A DNA stretch of 64,000 nt from a virus (IMGVR_UViG_3300042691_036629:53500-117499); one strand, 5' to 3'; numbered from the stretch's first letter, positions 29,406 to 39,576 are shown. Made by a program: numbers and translations. The notes: generated from the letters alone by a model not told the origin.

Positions 29406-29653
29406 ATACCTAATTCATTTAATTTAAAATCTCTAACTATTTGATCAGAAGGTTCATTTAATAAACTTTCTAACTTTTCTATTTCTTTATTCTTTTCTTC
29501 TATTAAATCATCACATTCTTTGTCTGTTAAACCACCACCATAAACTCTATCTATATCTTCGAAGTGCCAAAACATTTTAACAAAGTATTTTAATTCAGAA
29601 AGTTCTTTTTTGAGTTTTCGCCTTTCTACACCAGATATTTTATACGGGCTCAT
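29402..29653 (-). CDS. hypothetical protein, ELGI-tail family
   Basis: Ends RDFKLNELGI. Confidence 0.45.
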   Translation of the reverse strand: MSPYKISGVERRKLKKELSELKYFVKMFWHFEDIDRVYGGGLTDKECDDLIEEKNKEIEKLESLLNEPSDQIVRDFKLNELGI

Positions 29654-29955
29654 AATAATTCATTTAATTTAATTTCTCTGATTATTTCTTTAACATCTTT
29701 TTCAAATTTTAAGTATTCAATTTCATCTTCATAATAAGGAATAAAGAATTTATGATTTTTATCTTCTTCATATTTATAATGTGGTTGTATCATAACTAAA
29801 TCATCAAGATAATCATCAATATTTTCATTTGATTCGTCATACAAGAATATATCACCATTATACCAATCCCAACCATCAGCATAAAGATAAGGTTTTATGA
29901 ACTCAAATTGTTCATAGTTACATTTTAAATTTTTATAATCAGTGAAGAATTTCAT
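29650..29955 (-). CDS. hypothetical protein, tail variant IREIKLNELL
   Basis: 101-aa acidic ORF. Confidence 0.4.
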   Translation of the reverse strand: MKFFTDYKNLKCNYEQFEFIKPYLYADGWDWYNGDIFLYDESNENIDDYLDDLVMIQPHYKYEEDKNHKFFIPYYEDEIEYLKFEKDVKEIIREIKLNELL

Positions 29956-30191
29956 TAGTCTAAAATTGATTCTAATTTTTTATCACGATATTCTTCAACA
30001 GTGAGAAAATCACGTCTATAATACTCACCAAGATAGTTATTACCATCAAATATCTTATACATATAAACAATACCATATGAAAAACCTAAAGAAACCTCAT
30101 TGGTTTTAGCGTTGTATTGTTTATTCAATTCTAACTTTTTATTTCTTGTATAAGAAATATCTGGTTCATTTATACAAATTACTTTTATCAT
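29955..30191 (-). CDS. hypothetical small protein, tail variant YRDKKLESILD
   Basis: 78-aa ORF. Confidence 0.4.
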   Translation of the reverse strand: MIKVICINEPDISYTRNKKLELNKQYNAKTNEVSLGFSYGIVYMYKIFDGNNYLGEYYRRDFLTVEEYRDKKLESILD

Positions 30192-30406
30192 TTTATTCCA
30201 ATTTTTCTTAACTGACTATCTCTCCATTCATCAATTTTAATAAAGAAACCAGGTTGATAAACCTCTGATATCATACCATTATCATCTTTTATTAAAATAC
30301 AATCAAGATCAGCAAATTTATTTAAAATCTCGGTATATTTTTTACCAACAGTTAGTCTATGTTCATTAGCAGTATTGTCAACACAAACCCAAATAATTCC
30401 AATCAT
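30188..30406 (-). CDS. hypothetical small protein, tail WRDSQLRKIGIK
   Basis: 72-aa ORF. Confidence 0.4.
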   Translation of the reverse strand: MIGIIWVCVDNTANEHRLTVGKKYTEILNKFADLDCILIKDDNGMISEVYQPGFFIKIDEWRDSQLRKIGIK

Positions 30407-30660
30407 ATACCCAACTCTTTTAACAATTCGTCTCTCATTTCAGACTTATTTAATGGTCTCATAATATCATCACTATAATTACCCTCTACACCATCTTCAT
30501 TAGTGACTTTATAGAAAGGTCCACTATAATCATCATATCTTCTCGAAACAAATGGTACGTGACCAGTTGATATAACATTATATACTTTACCAACTACTAA
30601 AGGGTAGGTACTAACTGACCCACCCCATCTCTTTTGATTGGAAATACATTTAACTTTCAT
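30403..30660 (-). CDS. hypothetical small protein, ELGI-tail family
   Basis: Ends MRDELLKELGI, with synonymous codons relative to other members. Confidence 0.45.
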   Translation of the reverse strand: MKVKCISNQKRWGGSVSTYPLVVGKVYNVISTGHVPFVSRRYDDYSGPFYKVTNEDGVEGNYSDDIMRPLNKSEMRDELLKELGI

Positions 30661-30682
30661 GTAACATCATGATATTAATTAT

Positions 30683-30892
30683 CTATTTTGAGGATTTCTC
30701 AAATAGTCCTAAATTACATCTATTATCTACTTCTTTTAAAGTTTCAAAATTTCTACAAGAAATAACTTTACTTTTAAATTTCACCCAGAAAAAATTATAC
30801 TTTTGATAAACAATATATTCATCATCAACTTTTTCATAAAATACTTTTATATCACTAAAGCCGTTGTTCAATATTTTGTTTATTTTTTCCAT
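30683..30892 (-). CDS. hypothetical protein
   Basis: 69-aa ORF. Confidence 0.35.
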   Translation of the reverse strand: MEKINKILNNGFSDIKVFYEKVDDEYIVYQKYNFFWVKFKSKVISCRNFETLKEVDNRCNLGLFEKSSK

Positions 30893-30915
30893 ATAACAAA
30901 GATATGGAAAATAAA

Positions 30916-31512
30916 CTATATTCCGAGTTCTTTTAATTTAATATCTCTTAATTCACTAAGAAAAATTTTATTATCTTCATCTGTGATCCACGATTGAACA
31001 TCAATATGATCCCAATAAAAAACTTTTTTTGTATTTGATACTTCTGGTTTATAATTTCCTAAACCTAAGAATCTATTATACCCATATTTTTTCTCAAATG
31101 TAACAATCTTTACTACTTTATTATCTTCATGTATATAAAGTTTTATATAAGGTTCAAATACTAGTTCCGGTCTTGGTAGAGATGTTTTAATTTCGGAAAT
31201 AGATGTCATGTTTGGTTTATCAAATTCAGAATTAGACATTATAATCATCTTATAACACTCTCTCCATCTAATATCAAATGACCAAGCATCACCTGGTGGT
31301 CTACCATTTTCATGCACTTTACAGTTACACCAATGTTTAACAGTTCGAAACTCAGCATTTTCATGATCTACTATTCCAATACCATTACAACTTTTACATA
31401 CATTGTTAAGAGCTTTTTCTACCTTGCGTTCTATTTCTTTTTCCTCAATTATTTCTTTTTGTTTCTCAACTTTTTCTAAAAAGTAATTGTAAAGTCTTTT
31501 AAAGATATTCAT
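30916..31512 (-). CDS. hypothetical Cys/His-containing protein, ELGI-tail family (start corrected)
   Basis: The track start at 31554 translates the terminator hairpin. An internal ATG at 31512 gives MNIFKRLY... The protein ends LRDIKLKELGI. Confidence 0.45.
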   Translation of the reverse strand: MNIFKRLYNYFLEKVEKQKEIIEEKEIERKVEKALNNVCKSCNGIGIVDHENAEFRTVKHWCNCKVHENGRPPGDAWSFDIRWRECYKMIIMSNSEFDKPNMTSISEIKTSLPRPELVFEPYIKLYIHEDNKVVKIVTFEKKYGYNRFLGLGNYKPEVSNTKKVFYWDHIDVQSWITDEDNKIFLSELRDIKLKELGI

Positions 31513-31520
31513 ATTTATTA

Positions 31521-31556
31521 TAAATAAAAATGAGTCACCATTTAGGTGACTCATTT
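31521..31556 (-). terminator. rho-independent terminator downstream of SPFH gene
   Basis: TGAGTCACC-ATTTA-GGTGACTCA. On the minus strand it is followed by U-rich UUUUUAUUUAU. Confidence 0.6.
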
Positions 31557-31570
31557 AGTTAAACTGTTTA

Positions 31571-32416
31571 TTACTTAATTCCTTTTATCACAGTAGTCCC
31601 TGAACCAAAGACGTTGCCAGAACCATAAGGTGAACCTTGACCATCAGCGTATCCTTTCCACTTAATGTATTCGATATACTGAGGGTTTTTATTTAATTGT
31701 TGAGCCTCTTTCTTAATTGCTTCTGCTTTAAAGGTTGCTGTAATGATTAAAGAAGAGTCACCACGTGCTTTTTCAATTCTAGCGTCTGCTAAGTTTTTCT
31801 CTTCAGTTTTCTTTAACTCAGAAGTTAAGTTTCGCTGTTTTTGAGTTTCTTTACTAACAATCTCATTCGCAATTGCTCCTGGTAAGTTTACGTCTGCTAA
31901 CTCAACATAGTTCAATGTTATAAAGTTTTTAGAAAAGTCTTCTCTTAGGATTTCCTCAATCTCTTCTTCAAGTGCTTCACGTTTAGTTGAGTAAACCTCT
32001 TGGTAAGTATATCGACCAATTACGTCTTTAATAGCACCTTTCACTTTATCATCAATAACTTGGATATAACCAGGTCCGTGTTTTAAGTGTAGTTTAGGTG
32101 TTTTACCTTTAGCCGCTGAATAGTTAGTTGATAAAACAACTGTGATATCTGTACCGTTGATATCCATTACGGTTGTTGTATCACGTTTTGATTGTTGACG
32201 AATGTTGTAAGTAACCATTTCGTTCCAAGGAGCTACAAAGTAAGTACCCTCGTCATAGATTACTTCTTTTTGGATACCTCCACTATATGGTTTATAAAGG
32301 AACCCTTCTGAACCTTGTTCTACATCTTCCCAAGACGTGATAAAGATGATAATACTGATAAGCGAAACTAAAGAAATCGCTACTAATTTAATGATGTTTT
32401 TTGGTGTCATTTCCAT
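31571..32416 (-). CDS. SPFH/band-7 (prohibitin/HflK-like) membrane protein
   Basis: 281 aa. N-terminal TM segment, then an SPFH core and a coiled-coil. Confidence 0.7.
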   Translation of the reverse strand: MEMTPKNIIKLVAISLVSLISIIIFITSWEDVEQGSEGFLYKPYSGGIQKEVIYDEGTYFVAPWNEMVTYNIRQQSKRDTTTVMDINGTDITVVLSTNYSAAKGKTPKLHLKHGPGYIQVIDDKVKGAIKDVIGRYTYQEVYSTKREALEEEIEEILREDFSKNFITLNYVELADVNLPGAIANEIVSKETQKQRNLTSELKKTEEKNLADARIEKARGDSSLIITATFKAEAIKKEAQQLNKNPQYIEYIKWKGYADGQGSPYGSGNVFGSGTTVIKGIK

Positions 32417-32418
32417 TT

Positions 32419-32709
32419 TTATTTTTGTTTATTGATTATTAAATAATTTACTACTAAATAGATGATTGTGAATTCTAATCCAATCACCGCGATTTTACCA
32501 ACAAGTGGTAAGACTTTCGCAAATCTCAGAGCTAATAAGATTGAGATTAGTGAAATAATAATACCAATCGGTATTTTAAAAAAAGGTTTGTTGATTAAAG
32601 TCATAAACTTACTGGGTTCACGTACTTTCTTTGGTTTTTCCAATACCTTATAGATCATAATCATGACTATAATAAGTGGAACAAATGCGATTAAAAATCT
32701 AAATATCAT
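32419..32709 (-). CDS. small polytopic membrane protein (possible NfeD-like partner of SPFH)
   Basis: 96 aa with three hydrophobic segments. Lies directly upstream of the SPFH gene on the same strand. Confidence 0.4.
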   Translation of the reverse strand: MIFRFLIAFVPLIIVMIMIYKVLEKPKKVREPSKFMTLINKPFFKIPIGIIISLISILLALRFAKVLPLVGKIAVIGLEFTIIYLVVNYLIINKQK

Positions 32710-32741
32710 ATTGTTTTTTTTGTAAAGATAATAAAAATATT

Positions 32742-32996
32742 TTAAATACCTAACTCATTTAATTTATTTTCTCTTTCTTTTCTTAAAACCTCATTAACTC
32801 TACATTTACCGAAATAAAAATTACCCATTATTCTGCGTTCCGGGTGGAATAAATCAACTGATAACATTTCTACGTGGATTTCTCTAAGTCTAATAACCTC
32901 AACACAATCATCAAACCAAATATCATTTACATTTGCTGTGTTTTCTTCTTTTAAGATAATTAGTATCTTCCTCATTACATCGATATCAATCTTCAT
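32742..32996 (-). CDS. hypothetical protein, ELGI-tail family
   Basis: Ends RENKLNELGI. Confidence 0.45.
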   Translation of the reverse strand: MKIDIDVMRKILIILKEENTANVNDIWFDDCVEVIRLREIHVEMLSVDLFHPERRIMGNFYFGKCRVNEVLRKERENKLNELGI

Positions 32997-33481
32997 TTTT
33001 TAAACAATAATTTACCGATTACTTTTGCTTTTTCTTGAAACTCTTCAAATGTACCATTATTATGTACAACAATATGAGCATCTTCGATTGATATTTTATT
33101 TGTGATTTCAGAGTTACCAAGACGCTTTGAAGCATCAACCCATATGATTATATCAAAAAGATGTTTAGACGCTTCAAACTCTTCTAAATCTCTCATTCCA
33201 ACATAACAATCATTTTCTTTCAAGATGGCTTTTGCTAACTTGGCTTTATCTTCTTTGTTGAAGAAACAGATAAGTTTATACCATAAACTTCTATGGTTTA
33301 CTCTATCTTCAAAACACTCTTCGATTGATTGGTAACCATATTCATCTTTAATTGTGTCGTAAATGAATAGCTCATTTGCCATTTCGGATGAAGATCTGTA
33401 AGTCATTCCGAAATACTCATTTAATAATTCAGCGAGTGTGTCTTTTCCAGACCTCATGTTACCAAGAATCAAAATCTTCAT
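32993..33481 (-). CDS. P-loop kinase, dNMP-kinase (T4 gp1)-like
   Basis: MKILILGNMRSGKDTLAELL Walker A resembles the T4 gp1 RSGKDT motif. Confidence 0.5.
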   Translation of the reverse strand: MKILILGNMRSGKDTLAELLNEYFGMTYRSSSEMANELFIYDTIKDEYGYQSIEECFEDRVNHRSLWYKLICFFNKEDKAKLAKAILKENDCYVGMRDLEEFEASKHLFDIIIWVDASKRLGNSEITNKISIEDAHIVVHNNGTFEEFQEKAKVIGKLLFKK

Positions 33482-33662
33482 ATTTAAATTTATTTATTAA
33501 AAATGTACCCACAACACCACTTCTATATTCTTGTTGCTGTTCGGTTCCTCTTCGGTTGGTCTCTGTAAAGTTATAATCATTTTATATATCAAGTATTATA
33601 TAACTACCAGAAGGTACATTACAAATATAATAAAATAAAGCTAAAAGTTTAATATATAATCT

Positions 33663-34295
33663 ATGAAATATTTAAAATCATTTAAAGAGAGTATTGCTGG
33701 TGTTGATACAAATTTAGAAAGAATAGAAAGATGTAAAGATCTTAACGAACAGGAATTCTTAGACTTATTAAGACAAAATTGTAAAAACTTCTCATTTAGT
33801 AATGATTTGTTGTGGAGAGGTAAAAATAAAGTTAGTAAGTCTGATTTACAATTATTTCAACCAAGTCCTCGTAATGCTAGACCAGTTGCATTTCCTAAAT
33901 TTTTTAATGACATAGCTGATGATCCTAATTTCCCAGTTAAAAGAAAGAATTCGTTGATTGGTGGTACCAATCTTGATACACTGAAATTTTTAGTTGATAG
34001 TGATATGTTCTTAGTTATACCTTATGATAATTCAGAAATTGTTTTTTGTCCAATTGTTGACTTATGGGCTTTATCTAATGATAGACCTGGTGGAAGTGAA
34101 TTAGTTGGTAGAAAACAAATTAGTAAAGATAATTTTATAATGGTTAATTATACTCCAGATTTTAAAGTTCCTTTAGAAGACTTATCTAAATTAGATAAAG
34201 CTAATTTACGTGGAGGTGTTGAGTTTTTCACATCAAGTCCTTGTTTGTTAGTACACGAATCAAAGGTTGATTGGTTAAGAAACTCTTTAGATTAA
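33663..34295 (+). CDS. hypothetical protein, MKYLKSFKE N-terminal family
   Basis: 210-aa ORF with a TATATA box just upstream. Confidence 0.5.
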   Translation: MKYLKSFKESIAGVDTNLERIERCKDLNEQEFLDLLRQNCKNFSFSNDLLWRGKNKVSKSDLQLFQPSPRNARPVAFPKFFNDIADDPNFPVKRKNSLIGGTNLDTLKFLVDSDMFLVIPYDNSEIVFCPIVDLWALSNDRPGGSELVGRKQISKDNFIMVNYTPDFKVPLEDLSKLDKANLRGGVEFFTSSPCLLVHESKVDWLRNSLD

Positions 34296-34787
34296 ATCAC
34301 TTAGTTTAATATCTCTAATTATGTTTTTTGAAATGGTGGAGTAAGCATCATTATCAGAAAATTTGATAAAGTCTTTCACATCGAAGTTTTCTTCTACATA
34401 AGAAAAGAAATCTCCCAACTTAGTAATCCATTTATTCTCATGATAATGTTGATTATGATAAAAAGGTAGATAAATATCTACATCACCTGTAAAATGTTTT
34501 AAAAACTCACTTGTTTCTTCTTTTAGAAATCTACCACCATCTTCTTCGTGAAACATTCTTAAATCTCTAATGAAAACTCTTTTGTGTTTCAATCTGTCTA
34601 AATTAAACTTTTTAATGTTTTTTAAACAATAACTATTGCCCCAAGTTTCTTGACTTGAATATGAATGTAACATCAAACTATTAGTTTGGTGATAAATAGA
34701 TTCAATAACTTTTGTTAAGTTATTACCCCATCTATCACCAGACAAAAAAGTGGTTTTATTTATCTCTATTTCTATCTTGTATATCAT
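34287..34787 (-). CDS. hypothetical protein, tail IRDIKLSDLI
   Basis: 166-aa ORF. Confidence 0.4.
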   Translation of the reverse strand: MIYKIEIEINKTTFLSGDRWGNNLTKVIESIYHQTNSLMLHSYSSQETWGNSYCLKNIKKFNLDRLKHKRVFIRDLRMFHEEDGGRFLKEETSEFLKHFTGDVDIYLPFYHNQHYHENKWITKLGDFFSYVEENFDVKDFIKFSDNDAYSTISKNIIRDIKLSDLI

Positions 34788-35019
34788 TTTTAGATAGTTC
34801 TTTTTCTATTAATGATTCGAATGTTTGATCTAATTCACTTTTTTTAATAATCCACTTAATCATATTATACATTATGTATAACATTAATAATTTGAAAACT
34901 AGTGGTATATTACCAAAAATTAAATCTACACCTAATATATATTTTGTGAAGAAATAAAAAAGGTTTAAATCAAATAAATGTAGAATTATTAGGTAACATC
35001 TAAGTAGAAATAGTTTCAT
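34756..35019 (-). CDS. hypothetical membrane protein
   Basis: 87 aa, hydrophobic. Confidence 0.35.
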   Translation of the reverse strand: MKLFLLRCYLIILHLFDLNLFYFFTKYILGVDLIFGNIPLVFKLLMLYIMYNMIKWIIKKSELDQTFESLIEKELSKNDIQDRNRDK

Positions 35020-35660
35020 TACTTTTGTAATTTAAGTTTCTTTTTAGCCTTTTTCTCAGCACTTACTACTTTCTTGGCTTCAGCAAAATTGGTTTTTTGA
35101 TCTTCTGTTAAATCAAGAACTAACTTTTTAACACTTTCATGTCGGTTAGTTACTCTATTATAAGTCCAATTTGAAGTATAAATTGGTTTTATATCAGCAA
35201 AATTGTAAATACTTAAAAGTGTTTGATACCACTCAACACTATCATTAGCATAATGTAATAAGTAAGTTCTATATTTCGCAAAAAACTTTTTAAGTGCTGG
35301 TTCATCACTTTTCTTTAAGAAGTCCCATTCTTTTTTAAGAGAGTTGAGATAACGTCTATCATATTCTCTATTAGGTGTGTTAGCACTTTCTAATAACTCA
35401 ATAAATTTAGAGTGAAGAATTGATTTTTCATCATCAACACAAAGTAAACTATCTAGTTGATTATCTCTAACTAAAGAAGATAAATGAGCTGCGATATCAA
35501 AAGTTTTGGTTAATTCAAAAACTTCAACTGTACCCTCTGTTGACTTTTTTAACTCTTGATTTAGTTTTTTCTCGCTATAAACATATGTTATGTTGTTGTA
35601 AGTATATTGGTTATTCTGACCATAATACTTCTTACTTGTTATTTTCCAAATCTTACTCAT
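35019..35660 (-). CDS. hypothetical protein
   Basis: 213-aa ORF with a Lys-rich C-terminus. Confidence 0.4.
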   Translation of the reverse strand: MSKIWKITSKKYYGQNNQYTYNNITYVYSEKKLNQELKKSTEGTVEVFELTKTFDIAAHLSSLVRDNQLDSLLCVDDEKSILHSKFIELLESANTPNREYDRRYLNSLKKEWDFLKKSDEPALKKFFAKYRTYLLHYANDSVEWYQTLLSIYNFADIKPIYTSNWTYNRVTNRHESVKKLVLDLTEDQKTNFAEAKKVVSAEKKAKKKLKLQK

Positions 35661-35752
35661 TTAATACAATTTTTGACAAATATAAAAAATATTTTTTTTA
35701 AATCGATATGAATTTTAAAAAACTTTATTTAATTTTACACTAAATATGTTGT

Positions 35753-35959
35753 ATGAAAAAAGACAAGAAAAAAAAGAATAAATTAAAAAAGAAAAATGAT
35801 AAGCTTGATAAAGTAATTGAAAAATTAAGGTATCATGTTTATAGAAACTATCAATGGTGTCATCACAACGATTGTGAAGAAACAGATTATATTAAAGGTG
35901 TGAATGATATTTGTATTTCAATGGTTGAATTCACAAAAAAACTTAAAAAGAAAAAGTAA
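35753..35959 (+). CDS. hypothetical Lys-rich small protein
   Basis: 68 aa, highly basic, with CHHNDC. Confidence 0.35.
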   Translation: MKKDKKKKNKLKKKNDKLDKVIEKLRYHVYRNYQWCHHNDCEETDYIKGVNDICISMVEFTKKLKKKK

Positions 35960-36309
35960 TGTATTGTATCTGTTGTAAGAAAAATAATGTATCACCATTT
36001 ATTGATAAAAATCTTGATGAAACCGAAGAAGATTTACTTTGGAGATCTGTTGAGAAACAAGGTAGAAGATTAACCATCAATAATGAAATGATCAATAATG
36101 GTATTATACATATAATTGATGCTGGATACGGATCTGTCCATGATATGGACCAATTCATTATTGCTATATGTGATGATTGTATAAAAGAAAATCTTAATGA
36201 TGCTACTTTATTAATATTTAAGAGTGCTGATTATAGAAACGCTGATAAACAATTAGAAGAATCAAAAAAGAAATATAGAAGAAGAAAAAATTTAGATGAT
36301 TTAGTATGA
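35959..36309 (+). CDS. hypothetical Cys-containing protein
   Basis: 116-aa ORF overlapping its neighbours at start and stop. Confidence 0.4.
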   Translation: MYCICCKKNNVSPFIDKNLDETEEDLLWRSVEKQGRRLTINNEMINNGIIHIIDAGYGSVHDMDQFIIAICDDCIKENLNDATLLIFKSADYRNADKQLEESKKKYRRRKNLDDLV

Positions 36310-36497
36310 AAATAGTATTAATTATAATAGTATTAATTTTAACTTCTTGTAATAATTACAATATATACCAACAAAGAATGAATGATAGAAAAGAAGATTC
36401 TATCAAAATGTTTCACGAAGTTCATAAGGTAAGAAAAAAATGTTCAAGTGGTAGAAGAACAAAAAAATTTAGAAAAAAACCAAAATACACGAATTAA
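36306..36497 (+). CDS. small putative lipoprotein
   Basis: MKIVLIIIVLILTSC lipobox-like signal. Confidence 0.4.
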   Translation: MKIVLIIIVLILTSCNNYNIYQQRMNDRKEDSIKMFHEVHKVRKKCSSGRRTKKFRKKPKYTN

Positions 36498-36540
36498 ATA
36501 AACATTTTTCACTATATTTGTTAAACAAAATCTGAGAAAA

Positions 36541-37224
36541 ATGGTATACGACATCAATCAAAAATTTAATTTCTTACAAGACTTAACCTCAATGGTAGTA
36601 GCTGGTATAACTCCTTCTATCTTAGTAACTGGTGAAGGTGGTTTAGGTAAAACTCATACAGTTAAAGAATCTATTAATGAGAGTGGTTTACAACCAGATG
36701 ATTATGTTTTCTTTAAAGGTTACTCAACAGCAAGAGGTCTTTATAATACTCTTTACGATAACAATGGTAAGTTGATTATTTTTGACGATTGTGACTCAGT
36801 ACTAGATGATAGAGTTGCTGTTAATATCTTAAAGTCAGCACTTGACTCTTATGATACTCGTGAAATTTCTTGGATGGCTAAAATGAATAAGAGTGATGAA
36901 TACCCACAACAATTTAAGTTTACAGGTAATATCATCTTTATTTCAAATAAAAATAAGTCTAGTATTGATCAAGCAGTTTTATCAAGATCTTTAACTGTTG
37001 ACTTGTCAATGACTCCATCTGAAAAGATACAACGTATGAAATTTATCCTACCAAATATCTTACCAGACTATGACATTAAAGTAAAAGAAGAAGCATTAAA
37101 CTTCTTAGATCTTAACAAAGATAAGTGTGAGTTGAATATGAGAACATTAATTATGATTTCAAAAATCAGATGTTGTTACCCAGATACTTGGAAAAACTTA
37201 GCAAGTTATATGATTAACTCATAA
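36541..37224 (+). CDS. AAA-type P-loop ATPase
   Basis: Walker A GEGGLGKT. Walker B LIIFDDCD. Confidence 0.55.
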   Translation: MVYDINQKFNFLQDLTSMVVAGITPSILVTGEGGLGKTHTVKESINESGLQPDDYVFFKGYSTARGLYNTLYDNNGKLIIFDDCDSVLDDRVAVNILKSALDSYDTREISWMAKMNKSDEYPQQFKFTGNIIFISNKNKSSIDQAVLSRSLTVDLSMTPSEKIQRMKFILPNILPDYDIKVKEEALNFLDLNKDKCELNMRTLIMISKIRCCYPDTWKNLASYMINS

Positions 37225-37252
37225 AAAAAAGAGGTCACAGACCTCTTTTTTA
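37223..37252 (+). terminator. rho-independent terminator
   Basis: AAAAAAAAGAGGTC-ACAG-ACCTCTTTTTT. Confidence 0.7.
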
Positions 37253-37389
37253 ATTTAAAATAACTATATTTATATAAAAATAAAAATCATGAACCAGTAC
37301 GAAGACTACTTTGACACAGAACTAATAAAACTTATGACAAAAGCGATTGCTTTAGACGCACTTATCTATGATTTAACTTATTATAACTA

Positions 37390-37821
37390 ATGTTAAAAGC
37401 ATATAAAGTTATTAAAAGTATAGAACTTTCTTTTCATAATAAAGAAAAGGTTGATTATGGTATTCATTTAGAAAATGGAGATTCATTTTTCATTGAAAGT
37501 GGATTCTGGAATAGTAATTATTCTTCTAAATCAGAGGAAGTCTTTATATTAAGAAGAGTTATCTATTCAGAACAAAATCTTTATAAAGATGAATCAGGTG
37601 AAATAAAAACAAAAGAACATACCAAAGATGTTGATAATATCAATATCATAAATCCTACTATAAAGTCATATGATGGTGATGGTGTGAGAACCATTGGAAC
37701 ATTCTTTGATAAAAAACCTTTTATTGAAAAAATTGATATACTAATATCAGAGGGGATAATAGAAGAGTCTGTTTCTTGGAATAGAGAATTAAAACTAAAA
37801 CAAATTATAAATGAGATTTAA
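37390..37821 (+). CDS. hypothetical protein
   Basis: 143-aa ORF. Confidence 0.4.
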   Translation: MLKAYKVIKSIELSFHNKEKVDYGIHLENGDSFFIESGFWNSNYSSKSEEVFILRRVIYSEQNLYKDESGEIKTKEHTKDVDNINIINPTIKSYDGDGVRTIGTFFDKKPFIEKIDILISEGIIEESVSWNRELKLKQIINEI

Positions 37822-38623
37822 CCACGACGCTAAAACAACTGATGAAGCAATTGAATATTTTATGGCGAGAGCTAAACAATTGTTACGATTTGGTTTTTCA
37901 TTAAATGAAATAATAACTCCGGATGAAGGTGTTGTTATTGCTTATTTTATTAAAGGTGGACTACCATACCAATCAATTTATATATTAGATGGGTACCGAG
38001 GTAAAGGAATTTACAAAGAGTGGATAACAAATAAAATTATAACGTCAACTGATTGTAACATTTCAGATTACTTAAAAAAGAATGATATACCATTCGTAGA
38101 AGTAGATTTTGAAGATACGAAAGAATACAAAACAATATCACAATTTTATGGTGATCAAAAGGCAACTCGTAGTGGTGTTTACTTAATGAACCACATAGAT
38201 GAAGGTCTTTATATTTTAGAAAAAATAGGAGCATCAGAAACAGCTAAAAAGGCTTATATGTTACACCCTATTATTCAAAGTGATGAGGCATTAAAACAAA
38301 ACTATGACCAATTAAAGGAATTTGATACAAAGACTATAATTGCTTTAACAGAATATCGTTCAGTAGCAAATGAATACTTATCTAAAAGAGAGATTAATTC
38401 TTTAGAAGAAATTAGATTATCTCCTTTAAAAGATGTAAATGATATGTTGATCGCTGATAAAATTCAAAATAGAAAAGATTTTGAACTTTATCATTTAGGA
38501 ACACATCCGAGAAGTAATGAATTAGATCAATACTTTAAGAATTGGTTAGAAAAATTAGGTATAAGTGATGAAACTTATCAGAAATTTAAAATTGAAATAA
38601 CAGATTTATATGAGACTTGTTAA
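37811..38623 (+). CDS. hypothetical protein
   Basis: 270-aa ORF. Confidence 0.4.
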   Translation: MRFNHDAKTTDEAIEYFMARAKQLLRFGFSLNEIITPDEGVVIAYFIKGGLPYQSIYILDGYRGKGIYKEWITNKIITSTDCNISDYLKKNDIPFVEVDFEDTKEYKTISQFYGDQKATRSGVYLMNHIDEGLYILEKIGASETAKKAYMLHPIIQSDEALKQNYDQLKEFDTKTIIALTEYRSVANEYLSKREINSLEEIRLSPLKDVNDMLIADKIQNRKDFELYHLGTHPRSNELDQYFKNWLEKLGISDETYQKFKIEITDLYETC

Positions 38624-38897
38624 AATAACAACACTTCCAAAAGCATCAGACGCTTGGATTGATCGAGATGTCATTATGTTACACTCTTGCTTTCAAATTC
38701 TTGTAGATTGTGTTGAAAAAGAAGGAGTTGACACTCATTGTAATTATGAAGCTCACAAAGATTTTGTAGATGAAGTAAGATTTCTTTATCAATGGTGGAA
38801 AATTCGTTCAGATAGAGATTGGAAGTTAAACTCTGATGATGAAGATGATGAAATGTTACTTCGTCTTATGAAAATCAGAAAATCACTTTGGACCTAA
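38610..38897 (+). CDS. hypothetical protein
   Basis: 95-aa ORF with an acidic C-terminus. Confidence 0.4.
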   Translation: MRLVKITTLPKASDAWIDRDVIMLHSCFQILVDCVEKEGVDTHCNYEAHKDFVDEVRFLYQWWKIRSDRDWKLNSDDEDDEMLLRLMKIRKSLWT

Positions 38898-39105
38898 ACC
38901 TTTTCCATAAAATAATTTTTTGATATAATTATATCTTTTCTTTGTGGTGGTCTCCAACCTTCAACCTTAATAAAACTCTCATCAAAAGAATATATCCAAT
39001 TGACTTAACATCTTCATAAATATCACAAACCTTTTGTATATCAATATCTTCTTTCTTGAAGTAAGCTTCGTATAACTTTAAGTATCTCATTCATTATATA
39101 TTAAA

Positions 39106-39140
39106 TAAAAAAGTCCTGATTTTCATCAGGACTTTTATTT
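39106..39140. terminator. bidirectional rho-independent terminator
   Basis: AAAAAAGTCCTGAT-TTTC-ATCAGGACTTTTATTT between convergent genes. Confidence 0.7.
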
Positions 39141-39576
39141 AATTCGGATAAACATCTGATAGATTCATCATCACATCTAACTCCTCTCTATTTCGTTCTA
39201 ACCAATTATTATAGAACTCGTGGAATGGACCACCTTCTTCAAACGAACTCTCGTCAATCTTTAAGAAACGATCTCCACTATATTTCTCACCTCTTTGTTT
39301 AGCAATGTAATACCTAACACACTCTAACGCCGCCATACTGTTTTCTTCTCGCCAAACATTATAACCTTTTGATGGCATGTAAAAGATATTAGACTCTGGG
39401 TGACCTAATGAACCACCAGTATTCTCAGCCACGCAAAGACCTTCTTCGATTAAATCATCAAGTATCTTTGCGATTGTTGGACCACCAGCAACTTTAACAA
39501 TTCCAGATGTTCCCTGACCTGTTAACTTTTGCGTTTCAATAAACGCTTTGTAAAATTCTTCTTTTGTATAACTCAT
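39139..39576 (-). CDS. hypothetical protein
   Basis: 145-aa ORF. Confidence 0.4.
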   Translation of the reverse strand: MSYTKEEFYKAFIETQKLTGQGTSGIVKVAGGPTIAKILDDLIEEGLCVAENTGGSLGHPESNIFYMPSKGYNVWREENSMAALECVRYYIAKQRGEKYSGDRFLKIDESSFEEGGPFHEFYNNWLERNREELDVMMNLSDVYPN

